From assembly GCA_965204045.1 (NCBI GenBank), contig CBDBDW010000002.1, positions 1,887,284-1,951,283 on the forward strand: 64,000 nucleotides of DNA, in the 5' to 3' direction. Origin of the DNA: Gammaproteobacteria bacterium. Lineage in GTDB: Bacteria; Pseudomonadota; Gammaproteobacteria; Eutrophobiales; Eutrophobiaceae. The notes beneath the pieces are model-generated. The model worked only from the letters and a program-made list of their open reading frames with translations, ran no database searches and was not told the origin of the DNA. The translations under genes were made by a program, and so were the position numbers. Every line of letters starts with the position of its first letter. Position 1 is the stretch's first letter. Of the stretch, positions 8,912-18,935 are shown piece after piece.

Positions 8912-10437
8912 GATTATCACCTGGCGCCCTGATCTTTGGCGAGCGAAGTTGCTCTGACTCGGACATTGAAGCTGCAGCACGACGCGTCGCTGCCGGCTTG
9001 CAGTCCCAGGGCATCCGGGAGAATGATGCCGTTGCGGTCATATTACGTAACGATATTCCCTACTTCATAATCCATGAGGCATCTCACTACCTCGGTTTCG
9101 ATGTAGTGCCGGTCAACTGGCACTTGAAGCCGGCAGAGGTCGATTTCATCCTGGCCGATTGCCGGGCCGGGGCCGTAATTGTCCATGCCGATTTGCTCAC
9201 TGAAGAGTTGGTGGAGGTTATAAAAGACAGCCCGGTGATCGTGGTAAACCCGCCGGCTGAAATCCTGCAGGGTTACGGAGCCAAACCTGGAGAGCATATA
9301 CGCGATCCCCTTTTCCTGGACTGGGATGACTGGATGGAGGAGAGCAGGCCGCATGCCGCCCCGGATAAAAACTTCAGGCCGCCCCTGTTCTATACCTCCG
9401 GCAGCAGCGGCAGGCCGAAGGCCGTATTGCGCAACAACGTAACCCCTGACATAGCAGCCAGGATCAGCGCCAGGACAAGCTATGCCTGGGGCTTCGACCA
9501 AACCCCCATCCGTTCGGTAATGACCGGACCCCTGTACCATTCCGCGCCCAACGGCTATGCCAACATGGTCCTGCAATCCGGCGGTACGCTGGTCCTGGCG
9601 GCGCGTTTCAATGCGGAAGACCTGCTGGCCATGATAGAGCAGTATGGAATAACCCACCTGCACCTGGCGCCTACCATGTTTGTGCGGTTACTGGATTTGC
9701 CGGACAGTGCCAGGAACAGGTATCGGCTTGATTCCCTGGTCCATGTCACCCACGGGGCGGCGCCTTGTCCGGCGGACGTAAAAAGAAGCATGATCGATTG
9801 GTGGGGAAACGTGATTTATGAATATTACGCCATGACGGAAACAGGTATTATCACCTGTAGCACCCCTGTCGAATGGCTGGAACACGAGGGCACGGTGGGG
9901 CGTCCTGCACCCGGTGTCGAGATAGAAATTCGCGACGAGGACGGAAACAGGCGCAGGGTTCTCGATGAAGGCGTGATCTGCGTGAAACACGAGGGCACCC
10001 ATTGCATTTCCTATCTCAACGCCGACAGCAGCAGCGCCGATTTACAACAAAACGGGTTCCTGGTGACGGGAGACATCGGTTACCTGGATGAGGAGGGTTT
10101 CCTGTATGTTTCATCGCGCCAGTCGGACATGGTGATATCCGGGGGTGTGAATATCTATCCGGCGGAAATCGAGGCGGAACTGGTTGCCATGGAGGATGTC
10201 ACCGATTGCGTCGTGTTCGGGATACCCGATGCGGAATTCGGCGAAAAGCTCGTGGCGGTGATCGAGAAAAGGGGAGTCGCAGATGGGGGTGACATCGCAG
10301 CCCATCTCATGGCCAGGCTTGCAGGCTTCAAGGTGCCCAGGGTTTATGAATTCGTTGACCGCCTGCCGCGTGAAGACTCCGGCAAGGTAAAAAAACAACT
10401 CATCAGGCAGGACTATCTAGCAAAACACGGACACTGA
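8908..10437 (+). CDS. AMP-dependent acyl-CoA synthetase/ligase
   Basis: 509 aa. The GTG start overlaps the upstream stop (GTGA). Motifs 'LFYTSGSSGRPKAV' and 'GDIGYLDEEGFLYVSSRQSDMVISGGVNIYPAEIE'. Confidence 0.85.
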   Translation: MRLSPGALIFGERSCSDSDIEAAARRVAAGLQSQGIRENDAVAVILRNDIPYFIIHEASHYLGFDVVPVNWHLKPAEVDFILADCRAGAVIVHADLLTEELVEVIKDSPVIVVNPPAEILQGYGAKPGEHIRDPLFLDWDDWMEESRPHAAPDKNFRPPLFYTSGSSGRPKAVLRNNVTPDIAARISARTSYAWGFDQTPIRSVMTGPLYHSAPNGYANMVLQSGGTLVLAARFNAEDLLAMIEQYGITHLHLAPTMFVRLLDLPDSARNRYRLDSLVHVTHGAAPCPADVKRSMIDWWGNVIYEYYAMTETGIITCSTPVEWLEHEGTVGRPAPGVEIEIRDEDGNRRRVLDEGVICVKHEGTHCISYLNADSSSADLQQNGFLVTGDIGYLDEEGFLYVSSRQSDMVISGGVNIYPAEIEAELVAMEDVTDCVVFGIPDAEFGEKLVAVIEKRGVADGGDIAAHLMARLAGFKVPRVYEFVDRLPREDSGKVKKQLIRQDYLAKHGH

Positions 10438-10446
10438 CTTAGGAAT

Positions 10447-10929
10447 ATGCCCATGAATAATTATCTCTATATGCTCCTGGTTGCGTTGGCATTGCTCGCA
10501 AACGGGTGTTCCAGGCAGGACCGGCAGGTTGCATCCCTGCCGGATTTCGAACAACTGGTTCTTGAGGAATACATCGAGCCTTATAAAACAGGCGATACCG
10601 AGGGCTGGCTGGAGGTCTTCGCCGATGACGCGGTCGGCATGCACAACACGTTGCCGGCGCTGGAAGGCAAGCAGGCGTTGCGCGGGTTCGCGGAGACCAT
10701 CCACGGCGCTTTTGATATCGAGCAACTGGACGTAACAGTCGATTCCGTCATTACTGAGGGTGATTGGGCGCTGACCCGGGGCAACTATGTCGCCAGCTTT
10801 GTTCTCAAAGGTGAAGGTGTTGATGACCAGGCGGCCCCGCGGCAAGGCAAATACATCCTGTTATGGGAGCGCCAGGACGATGGGGCATGGAAGGTAATTC
10901 TGGATATGGGGAATAATAATTCGCCGTAA
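10447..10929 (+). CDS. SnoaL/DUF4440-like lipoprotein
   Basis: 160 aa. Signal peptide with lipobox 'LLANGCS', then an NTF2-like body. Confidence 0.55.
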   Translation: MPMNNYLYMLLVALALLANGCSRQDRQVASLPDFEQLVLEEYIEPYKTGDTEGWLEVFADDAVGMHNTLPALEGKQALRGFAETIHGAFDIEQLDVTVDSVITEGDWALTRGNYVASFVLKGEGVDDQAAPRQGKYILLWERQDDGAWKVILDMGNNNSP

Positions 10930-10962
10930 TGAGGTGTTGCTATTAGTGAGTATGACGTAATC

Positions 10963-12549
10963 GTGGTTGGAGGAGGTACGGCCGGTTGCGTCGTGGCAGG
11001 GCGTTTGTCGGAAGACCCTTCCTTATCCGTTCTTCTGGTAGAAGCGGGCGGCAGCGACAGGCACCCTTTCAGCCGTGTTCCTGCGGCCAGCGGCGCCGCG
11101 GTCTTCAGTCCCCGGTTTAACTGGATGTACGAAGTTGAACCGGACCCGACCCGCTCCGGCAAGGCGGATAGCTGGTGGAGCGGACGTTGCCTGGGCGGAG
11201 GCAGCGCCATTAACGGCATGATGTTTGTACGCGGTCACAGGGATGACTACGATTACTGGTCGGACCTGGGTTGCGCAGGCTGGGACTATGCGTCGGTGCT
11301 GCCGTATTTCAGGCGCATGGAATGTAACCAGCGCGGCGAAGATGAATGGCGCAGCCGGCAAGGGCCCCATTCGGTGGAGGATCTGAACGTCCACAGCCCC
11401 CTGACTCGCGCCTGGGTCAAGGCTGCACTGCAAGCAGGCATTCCGGGGAGCAGCGACCTGAACGGAGCGAACCACGAGGGAGTAGACTTTATCCAGGTGG
11501 CCCAGCGCAGGGGATGGCGCGAGTCTGCGGCAACGGCATACCTCCATCCGTTTCGTAAAAAACGGTCTAACCTGCGTGTACAACTCAACACCCGGGTTAC
11601 CCGGGTCCTGTTTGACGGTAACAGGGCCAATGGCATTGAATTCATACGGGATGGGATCCGCCAACCCGGGAAGGTTATGGCGCGGGCCGCGATCATAATG
11701 AGCGCGGGCGCCATCGCCTCGCCAAACCTGCTGCAACTGTCCGGCATTGGAGATGCCGCGGCACTCAGCCGGTCAGGTATAACCTGCATTGCCCATTCGC
11801 CGGGAGTGGGTAAAAACCTGCAGGAACACACCGGTATCCGTTATTCGTTCGGCGTTAACGGGGAAACCCTGGGAAGCCGTACGGGACCATTGCGTAACCT
11901 GGCGCAGTTGTTTCAATTCCTGGTTAGTGGTAAGGGGTTGCTGACAACGCCAATCGCCCACGCCCACGCTTTCGTCTGCACCCGGGAGAAATTCAGGACA
12001 CCCAATGTTCAGGTTACCATGGCGCCGTTTCATATCGATATCGGTGACAACAGCGCCACCCTCAGCAAAGAAAAGATCGCAGGCGGTGCGGTCGGCCTGA
12101 TGCAGACTCGGAGCAGGGGAGAGATTACCTTGCGTTCTCCCGACCCGCTGGCGCCTCCCAGGATTCATTACCCGTTGCTGGACTCTGAGGAGGATATTGA
12201 ACAACTCATAGATGCTTGCCGGCTGGCCAGGAGGATCACCGAGCAGCCTGCCTTTGCCGGCTACCTGTCGCGCTGGCGTCATCCGGATGATGAGATGTTT
12301 GCCGGCGATCAACTCAGGGACTTCGTGAAGGATGCGGCTTTCCCCATGTACCACCCGGTCGGGACATGCAGGATGGGGCATGACGCACAGGCCGTTGTCG
12401 GCCCGGACCTTAAGGTAAGAGGTGTTGACGGGTTATGGGTCATAGACGCTTCCGTCATGCCGACCCTGGTCACCGGCAACACCAATGCCACGGTGCTCAT
12501 GATCGGTGAGAAGGGTGCGGACCTGGTGAAGTCCGCATTAGCCGGATAA
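10963..12549 (+). CDS. GMC family oxidoreductase (choline dehydrogenase-like)
   Basis: 'VVGGGTAGCVVAGRLSEDP' and 'GGGSAINGMMFVRG'. The conserved 'EYDVIVVGGG' strand continues upstream of the first GTG, so the true start may be the ATT at 10942. Confidence 0.85.
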   Translation: MVGGGTAGCVVAGRLSEDPSLSVLLVEAGGSDRHPFSRVPAASGAAVFSPRFNWMYEVEPDPTRSGKADSWWSGRCLGGGSAINGMMFVRGHRDDYDYWSDLGCAGWDYASVLPYFRRMECNQRGEDEWRSRQGPHSVEDLNVHSPLTRAWVKAALQAGIPGSSDLNGANHEGVDFIQVAQRRGWRESAATAYLHPFRKKRSNLRVQLNTRVTRVLFDGNRANGIEFIRDGIRQPGKVMARAAIIMSAGAIASPNLLQLSGIGDAAALSRSGITCIAHSPGVGKNLQEHTGIRYSFGVNGETLGSRTGPLRNLAQLFQFLVSGKGLLTTPIAHAHAFVCTREKFRTPNVQVTMAPFHIDIGDNSATLSKEKIAGGAVGLMQTRSRGEITLRSPDPLAPPRIHYPLLDSEEDIEQLIDACRLARRITEQPAFAGYLSRWRHPDDEMFAGDQLRDFVKDAAFPMYHPVGTCRMGHDAQAVVGPDLKVRGVDGLWVIDASVMPTLVTGNTNATVLMIGEKGADLVKSALAG

Positions 12550-12581
12550 GTCCGCGGTAATAAAAATGAAGGAGGCATGAC

Positions 12582-13922
12582 ATGAGATCTGCAACAGACA
12601 GAACTTCACTACTGGCCTATATGTTGCCGGCTATCCCCCTGGCTATGCTGGGGATGCCGCTGATCATCTACGTTCCGCCGTTTTACGCCGCGGAACTGGG
12701 ACTGGAACTGGCCGCGGTCGGCGGCATATTCTTTATTGCCCGCGCCTGGGACGCGATAACGGACCCCGTGATCGGTAACCTGTCGGACCGGACCCGCGGA
12801 CCCTGGGGACGCCGCAAGCCCTGGATCGTAGCCGGCGTACCGTTGCTGATGATCAGTCTCTACCTGTTCCTGAGTCCGCCTGTTTCCGTCAGCAAAACCT
12901 ACCTGTTCGTCGTGGCCCTGGTCTTTTACGTGGCCTGGACGACCGTGCAGATACCCTACCTGTCCTGGGGTGCTGAACTGTCCCGGGATTACGCCGCGCG
13001 CACCCGTATCAACGGCTACCGGGAGACGGGCACCATGATAGGGATCATTCTTGCAACCCTGTTGCCCGTCGTGTTTTTGCGGGAAGAAAATCCTGCATTG
13101 CGGGAAATATTATGGGTGTACGTCGTGTTCCTGCTGATCCTGCTCCCGGTTGCGGCTTCCGGAGCGGCGCTGGTCACGCCCAGGACCACGTTCGTGGAAT
13201 CGGGTAAACACGGCCTGTTTTCCGCTTTGAGGCTACTGTTTGTAAACAAACCTTTCGTGCGCTTGGTCATCGGCGTTTTTTTTCTCTGGCTTGGCGGCAG
13301 TGTGATGAATGCATCGCTGATATTCACGTTCGAACACATATTGCAGATGCCGCGTTCGGGATTTCTGAAGTTTGTCCTGATTCAATACGTGATCGGCATT
13401 GCCTGTCTCCCGTTGTGGGTCAGGTTCGGCAACCGTTATGGCCGGCACCGGGCCCTGTTCTGGGGAGGCTTTGGGTATCTTGCGGTCCAGCCCCTGTACC
13501 TGCTGGTCGCCCCCGGCGATTTTTCGCAATTGTTGCTGGTTGCCCTGGTGCATGGACCCATCATCTCGGTTATCTGGGTGATGCCGCCGGCGCTGGTGGC
13601 GGATACGATCGAATACGGCATGATGAAAGGAGGCAACGATGATGCAGCCATCTACATGGCCGTCTACAATTTTATCGTCAAGGTCGCGTTTGCCGGCGGT
13701 GTGGGGATCGCGCTGCCTCTGCTGGGTATCCTGGGGTTTCAGCCCGCGGGAGTGAATGATGCTGAGGCGCTGCAGGGCCTTGTCTTTGTCGGGCTGTTCA
13801 TGCCCGGGATCATAGGTCTTGCCGGCGCCGTCATACTCTATAACTATCCCATCAACCAGCACCGGCACGGTGTCATCCGGCGCTGGTTGGCCAGGAAAAA
13901 CCCGAGTCCGGAAACAGGTTAA
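12582..13922 (+). CDS. MFS transporter, glycoside-pentoside-hexuronide (MelB-like) family
   Basis: 446 aa and very hydrophobic. GPH-type loop 'WDAITDPVIGNLSDRTRGPWGRRKPW'. Confidence 0.75.
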   Translation: MRSATDRTSLLAYMLPAIPLAMLGMPLIIYVPPFYAAELGLELAAVGGIFFIARAWDAITDPVIGNLSDRTRGPWGRRKPWIVAGVPLLMISLYLFLSPPVSVSKTYLFVVALVFYVAWTTVQIPYLSWGAELSRDYAARTRINGYRETGTMIGIILATLLPVVFLREENPALREILWVYVVFLLILLPVAASGAALVTPRTTFVESGKHGLFSALRLLFVNKPFVRLVIGVFFLWLGGSVMNASLIFTFEHILQMPRSGFLKFVLIQYVIGIACLPLWVRFGNRYGRHRALFWGGFGYLAVQPLYLLVAPGDFSQLLLVALVHGPIISVIWVMPPALVADTIEYGMMKGGNDDAAIYMAVYNFIVKVAFAGGVGIALPLLGILGFQPAGVNDAEALQGLVFVGLFMPGIIGLAGAVILYNYPINQHRHGVIRRWLARKNPSPETG

Positions 13923-13973
13923 TCACTCCCTGTCAGATCCGGATAAATCAGCAGATCCTGGAGCAGATTGCCT

Positions 13974-16340
13974 TCAGAAACGGAACGTACCGGTTACCCC
14001 GACAAACCTGGGTGAACCATAGTGTGACCAAAGCGTTCCGAGTGGGGTGCCTGGCGGAGAGAGTATTGCTCCGTCAAACGGAATGGCAAAATCACTGTAT
14101 TTATACCTTTCATCCGTGCAGTTACGGCACCACACCGCGAGTTCCCATTGTCCATCGGGCGAACTCACGCCGCCTCGAAGACTCAGCAGTTCATGTGCTT
14201 TCTGGGTGCGGGCGGGATCCGGTTCCGTGAAGGAAAAATATTCGCTCCGGAAAAACAGGTTGCCGTTGAGGAAAAAGTTCCAGCCGCTGTCACCGATTGG
14301 CAGGTTGAGATTGGCGCCCAGGTTACCGGTAATGTCGGATGCGAAAGGCAGGTCCTCGCCGCCCATTGGCGGCAGTCCTGGTGTTAATGCCGGAGCGTTA
14401 TCGTCAAAATCCGCATCCAGGAATTGAACTGCGAAAAAGACGTCCAGGTAATCGGTAGCGGCAATATTTACATCTGCCTCAATGCCTTGCGAAGTTGCTC
14501 CTGATACATTGATGACCTGAAAAGAGCCGTCCGGTCTTAACGTCTGGAGCTGCAGTCCTTCAAACTCCGTTTTCCAGAGAGAAGCGTTTAACCGCATCCG
14601 GTTGTTGAACAGCGTGCTTTTGAAGCCGATTTCGTAATGATCGGCAAATTCCGGGTCAAATGTAGGATCGCCCGGCGGGAAAGCACAGAATGGCGATGCA
14701 GGTACCGGGGTGCCTCCCGGCGGGCACCCGAATACCGGGTGACCAAATCCCAGCGCATTACCTGCCGCATCCCGGTTCAGGCTGATGCCGCCTGATTTAT
14801 AGCCGCGGCTGTAGGTGAAAAACCCCATGACATTGTCCGTCACTTGGTACTGGATACTGGCCGTGCCCGTGGCTTCGCTGTCTTCCCGTTTGGCGTCGAA
14901 ATCATGCACTACCGCCAGCGGCAGGTTATTGAAAGGCGCCATGGCATTACCTGTCTGACCCCTGTGACTGGCGTTTTTGTCGTCATTGGTATATCGGACG
15001 CCACCTGTCAGGGACAGCTTGTCATTGATGTCGATGGTGATATGCCCAAAACCGGCTATCGTATCCACTTCCTGGCTGAACTCATCATAGAAAGCCCGGC
15101 CTGGAATATTGCCGAACAAGCCGGGGGCAAAAAATGGAAAAGAAGTGATTTGCGGTCCCCAGGTAAATTCCCGGGTACGCTGGACCTTCTCGTTGGCATA
15201 ATAGAATCCAACTACCCAGTCCAGTGACTGACCGATACCGATGTCCTCACTCACTCCGGCAATACGGAATTCTTCCGAGACAATACTCACCTCCGGCAGG
15301 GTGTCCGTATTAGTCAGCACATCCACACCGGTAAAGTCGTTGTCCTTGGTGTTCAGGTCCTGGTAGTCCCTGTATGCAGTGATGGAAGTTACCGTAATAT
15401 CACCCAGTTGCCAGTTGATTTCACCGGATATGCCGAAGTCTTCGGCATCAAAGATCAGGTCGCCGTTTGCGGCTACGCGGAGGTTATCCACATCGGGAGG
15501 GTCAATAACATTGGAACCGATTGCGGCTGCCAAAGGCGCATTCACTAACGGGTTAAGCGGATTGTTGGTATTCCTTACCGGCCAGCAGCAGTTCTCATCC
15601 ACTTCACTGTAGTCGGCAATAACCCGTATGTTCAAATCGGCGCTCGGCTCCCACATCAACTGGCCGCGAATCGTGAAACGGTCCCGATCATTGAGATCCT
15701 CGCCGTTGGCGTTGTCAAGATAGCCGTCTCCGTTATGCCAGGAAGCGGCGATACGGGCCGCGAAGTTGTCCTGGACAGGCACATTAATCACGCCTCTCAC
15801 CCTGACCTGGTCATATTCCTGGTAGGTTACTTCAGCAGATCCTTCGACTTCATCAAACGAGGGTTTATTCGTTATGAAATGGACAACGCCACCGGTGGTG
15901 TTCTTGCCGAATAATGTACCCTGAGGCCCTTTCAAAACTTCTACCCTGTCCAGGTCAAGCAGGTCACTGCTCGCCACCAGGCCGGAGCGGCTGATATATA
16001 CACCGTCGATAAACGTACCGACGGTCGGTTCGAAGCCCATGTTAAAAACTGAAGAACCCAGGCCCCTGATGGCGAACGCCGCGCCCTGGCTGGGTGGGTC
16101 CACACCCCTGACCTCAAGCGCAGGCACGGTCGCACGAAGATCGTATACATCCTGAACGATATTAGCCTGCAGGTTTTCCCCGCTGATGGCCGTTATTGAG
16201 ATAGGCACGTCCTGGATGGACTGTTCGCGTTTCTGGGCGGTCACCACAACCTCTTCAAGCACCGCCTGGGCGCCGGACAGGGTGGAAACCAGCATGAGAA
16301 GGAAACCGGGTATAACAGGTAATAGATACTTTTTATCCAC
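13974..16340 (-). CDS. TonB-dependent receptor
   Basis: 788 aa. 'VVVTAQKREQSIQDVPISITA', 'VLKGPQGTLFGKNTTGG' and the end '...TGTFRF'. Confidence 0.9.
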   Translation of the reverse strand: MDKKYLLPVIPGFLLMLVSTLSGAQAVLEEVVVTAQKREQSIQDVPISITAISGENLQANIVQDVYDLRATVPALEVRGVDPPSQGAAFAIRGLGSSVFNMGFEPTVGTFIDGVYISRSGLVASSDLLDLDRVEVLKGPQGTLFGKNTTGGVVHFITNKPSFDEVEGSAEVTYQEYDQVRVRGVINVPVQDNFAARIAASWHNGDGYLDNANGEDLNDRDRFTIRGQLMWEPSADLNIRVIADYSEVDENCCWPVRNTNNPLNPLVNAPLAAAIGSNVIDPPDVDNLRVAANGDLIFDAEDFGISGEINWQLGDITVTSITAYRDYQDLNTKDNDFTGVDVLTNTDTLPEVSIVSEEFRIAGVSEDIGIGQSLDWVVGFYYANEKVQRTREFTWGPQITSFPFFAPGLFGNIPGRAFYDEFSQEVDTIAGFGHITIDINDKLSLTGGVRYTNDDKNASHRGQTGNAMAPFNNLPLAVVHDFDAKREDSEATGTASIQYQVTDNVMGFFTYSRGYKSGGISLNRDAAGNALGFGHPVFGCPPGGTPVPASPFCAFPPGDPTFDPEFADHYEIGFKSTLFNNRMRLNASLWKTEFEGLQLQTLRPDGSFQVINVSGATSQGIEADVNIAATDYLDVFFAVQFLDADFDDNAPALTPGLPPMGGEDLPFASDITGNLGANLNLPIGDSGWNFFLNGNLFFRSEYFSFTEPDPARTQKAHELLSLRGGVSSPDGQWELAVWCRNCTDERYKYSDFAIPFDGAILSPPGTPLGTLWSHYGSPRFVGVTGTFRF

Positions 16341-16449
16341 AACGACCCCCGTAAAGACAAGACCACTCGGTATTTATTCTAGTACCTTATCCTAACAGAA
16401 ATTTATGCAATGCCGCATTTTCCCTATGCAGGATAACCCGTTGATATCA

Positions 16450-16522
16450 GGGGTCAGAGTAAAATTTCCGGCGAGTTCCGGGGTCAGAGTAAGAATTTCG
16501 CCAGAAATTTTACTCTGACCCC
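16450..16522. repeat. Family-A repeat cluster (two direct arms + one inverted arm)
   Basis: GGGGTCAGAGTAAAAT, then GGGGTCAGAGTAAGAAT, then AAATTTTACTCTGACCCC. Confidence 0.9.
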
Positions 16523-16531
16523 ACATATCTG

Positions 16532-16945
16532 TTATGCCGGTGTTGCCGCGAATAACAGCCCGTCTTCGTATGACAATACTACCAGCCTGATTGCAGCATC
16601 GTTTTCGATCCGTGCCGGGTCATCGATTAAACCCGTAACCAGCCTGACGTCTTCTTCCAGATCGACAATGCCGACGCTGAACGGCACTTCGTCCCGGAAT
16701 TGTGTGGCCGCGGCGTGGATGGTCGTTCTTGCGTACAGGACGCCTTTTCCCGACAGTTCGACCCAGTTCATCTCGTCCGACCAGCAGTTCGGGCAATATT
16801 GTTTCGGAGGAAACGTCAATTTACCGCATGCGGCGCACTTGGTCGTCATGAATTTTCCTGCCTCCAGACCTTGCCGGAACGTCTCCGTGAAACTGGAGTA
16901 TTCCGGTAATAGTGGAAGGCGTCCGGGGACCTTGATGATATCCAT
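16532..16945 (-). CDS. DUF35 Zn-ribbon/OB-fold protein (thiolase partner)
   Basis: 137 aa. Zn ribbon 'CAACGKLTFPPKQYCPNCW'. Sits immediately downstream of the thiolase-like gene. Confidence 0.75.
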   Translation of the reverse strand: MDIIKVPGRLPLLPEYSSFTETFRQGLEAGKFMTTKCAACGKLTFPPKQYCPNCWSDEMNWVELSGKGVLYARTTIHAAATQFRDEVPFSVGIVDLEEDVRLVTGLIDDPARIENDAAIRLVVLSYEDGLLFAATPA

Positions 16946-16947
16946 GA

Positions 16948-18156
16948 TCAGCTCCCGGCATCCATCACGTGGGCAAGGGCGGCGTTATAATTGCCGAGTT
17001 CGCACATGTGCAGCCCCAGGCCGGCGCCGGCAACCTGCCGTTCGCCTGCCCCGTGCGTGAGTTGGTCGAATAATTCGGCGATGCCGTACAGGGCGGTCAG
17101 TCCGGGCGGATGACCGCGGGACAGGCAACCGCCGGAGGTGCATACCGGGACCCGCCCGCCGATTGCAGTCTCACCGTCTGCCGCTGCGGTCGCGCCTCTG
17201 CCTTTGTCCGCCAGCCCGATTGATTCGGTAGCCAGCGCCTCCGTTATCGTGCAGGGGGCATATAATTCCGCAACATCGATGTGTTCCAGCCTTGTGCCTG
17301 CATCATCAATCGCCTGCCTGGTTGCTTCCCTGGCGGCGGGAAAGTCGGTCATGTCATGGGGCTTGCAGCCGACCTGGTGGTGTCCGTCGTGGGCAAACCC
17401 CCGTCCCAGAACCCGTAAAAAAGGTTTTCCAAGCTCGCGTGCAACCTGCCCGGATGTAATCACAAGGCAAATGGCGCCGTCACTGCGCGGCGGCACGTCG
17501 AAACGCCCAAGCGGTTCGACGATGGGGGGTTGCTGCAATACGTCCTCAACGGTCAAAGGCGAGTTGAACTGGGCCAGGGGGTTGAGCATGGCGTGTCGGC
17601 GGTTCTTGACCGCGATTGCGGCAAGATCGCGGCGGGTGGTCCCGGTCTCGAACAGGTAACGGTCGGCGTCCAGCGCGTACCAGGCGATAGGCGTCACTCC
17701 GAAAGGAGCCTGGAAATTTACATCGCCTGCCGCACGTATCCCGGATTCCATCATGGTCGCGGCATCGACTCCCGAGTTGTGCTCTATTCCCAGTGCGAGC
17801 GCTGCTTTGACCCGTCCGCTCCTTATGTCTGCACAGGCCTGGTCGAAGGCCAGGCCGCCGGTAATGCCCAGGTTCGTGACTTCGACGACCTGTCCGTGAC
17901 AGCGCAACCCCAACCGGCTCGATATAAACGTGGCGAAAGCCCGTTGGCGCGTGGCGGGTGTCGGTGCGGTGAATACGGCGGAGCCGATATCGGCCTTGTC
18001 AAGGCCGGCAGAGCGCACGGCATCGATTACCAGGGCAGCCAGGATTTCATGCTCGAAGCGCGCCTGTTCCAGCCGTCCCACTTTGCTGGCTGCGTAACTG
18101 ATGACTACCGGTTTTTTGTCGTTATTCACCCTGGTTCCGGATATATCCTGGTTCAT
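16948..18156 (-). CDS. Thiolase-like protein (SCP-x/non-specific lipid-transfer type)
   Basis: 402 aa with a thiolase-like C-terminal '[15 protein letters not shown]'. The canonical pairing with DUF35 supports the call. Confidence 0.7.
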   Translation of the reverse strand: MNQDISGTRVNNDKKPVVISYAASKVGRLEQARFEHEILAALVIDAVRSAGLDKADIGSAVFTAPTPATRQRAFATFISSRLGLRCHGQVVEVTNLGITGGLAFDQACADIRSGRVKAALALGIEHNSGVDAATMMESGIRAAGDVNFQAPFGVTPIAWYALDADRYLFETGTTRRDLAAIAVKNRRHAMLNPLAQFNSPLTVEDVLQQPPIVEPLGRFDVPPRSDGAICLVITSGQVARELGKPFLRVLGRGFAHDGHHQVGCKPHDMTDFPAAREATRQAIDDAGTRLEHIDVAELYAPCTITEALATESIGLADKGRGATAAADGETAIGGRVPVCTSGGCLSRGHPPGLTALYGIAELFDQLTHGAGERQVAGAGLGLHMCELGNYNAALAHVMDAGS

Positions 18157-18220
18157 GCTACATGTTAAACTGTTTTCCTCTCATCCGCTCAATCGGAACA
18201 GTAATACACAGGTACAGAAC

Positions 18221-18841
18221 GTGACAAAACAAAAAGCGACCAATGTTCACTGGCATGAAGGAGACATCACCCGCGCGGACCGGAACCGGTTTCTGGGTCA
18301 GAAAGGGGCGACCCTCTGGTTTACCGGCCTCTCGGGCAGCGGCAAGAGCACCATTGCAGTCGCGCTTGAAGCGGTTCTTTACGAACATGGAAAGCTGAGC
18401 TACCGGCTGGACGGTGACAACATCCGCATGGGCCTAAACAGGAATTTAGGTTTCTCCGCGGAAGACCGGACGGAGAACATCCGCCGCATTGGCGAGATCT
18501 CAAAACTGTTTGTGGATGCTGGCCTGCTGGTCCTGTCCGCCTTTATCAGTCCTTACCGGGCGGACCGCGACCGGGTACGGGAATTACACCGGGAGGCGGG
18601 GTTCGAATTTATCGAGATACACGTGGATTGCTCCCTGGAGACAGCGGAGCAGCGCGATCCCAAGGGGCTGTACAAGAAAGCCCGGGCGGGGGAGATCAGG
18701 AACTTTACCGGGATTGACGATCCTTACGAGGAACCGGAAAGCCCGGAAATCCACCTACGTACCGACCGGATGACGCTGGAAGAGGAAGTCGATATCATCG
18801 TCAAGTATATGAAGGACAAGGGGATTATCCGGATCGATTGA
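18221..18841 (+). CDS. cysC: Adenylylsulfate (APS) kinase
   Basis: P-loop '[15 protein letters not shown]' and '[17 protein letters not shown]'. I trimmed the start to the GTG at 18221, because the track ORF from 18101 overlaps the divergent thiolase gene. Confidence 0.85.
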   Translation: MTKQKATNVHWHEGDITRADRNRFLGQKGATLWFTGLSGSGKSTIAVALEAVLYEHGKLSYRLDGDNIRMGLNRNLGFSAEDRTENIRRIGEISKLFVDAGLLVLSAFISPYRADRDRVRELHREAGFEFIEIHVDCSLETAEQRDPKGLYKKARAGEIRNFTGIDDPYEEPESPEIHLRTDRMTLEEEVDIIVKYMKDKGIIRID

Positions 18842-18849
18842 GAATTAAG

Positions 18850-18920
18850 GGGTCAGAATATGTTGGGGTCAGAGTAAAATCACCACTGGCAATGCTTTCC
18901 AGGATTTTACTCTGACCCCT
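18850..18920. repeat. Family-A repeat cluster
   Basis: 'ggggtcagaat', 'ggggtcagagtaaaat' and the inverted 'gattttactctgacccc', between convergent cysC and the dehydrogenase gene. Confidence 0.9.
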
Positions 18921-18935
18921 GGATTTATCTGAGCG

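Noticed and set aside
17138-18168. Plus-strand ORFs 17138..17659 and 17530..18168, and the 18101 start of the cysC track ORF
   Set aside because: They are antisense to or overlapping the thiolase-like gene. The cysC P-loop protein is complete from the GTG at 18221.
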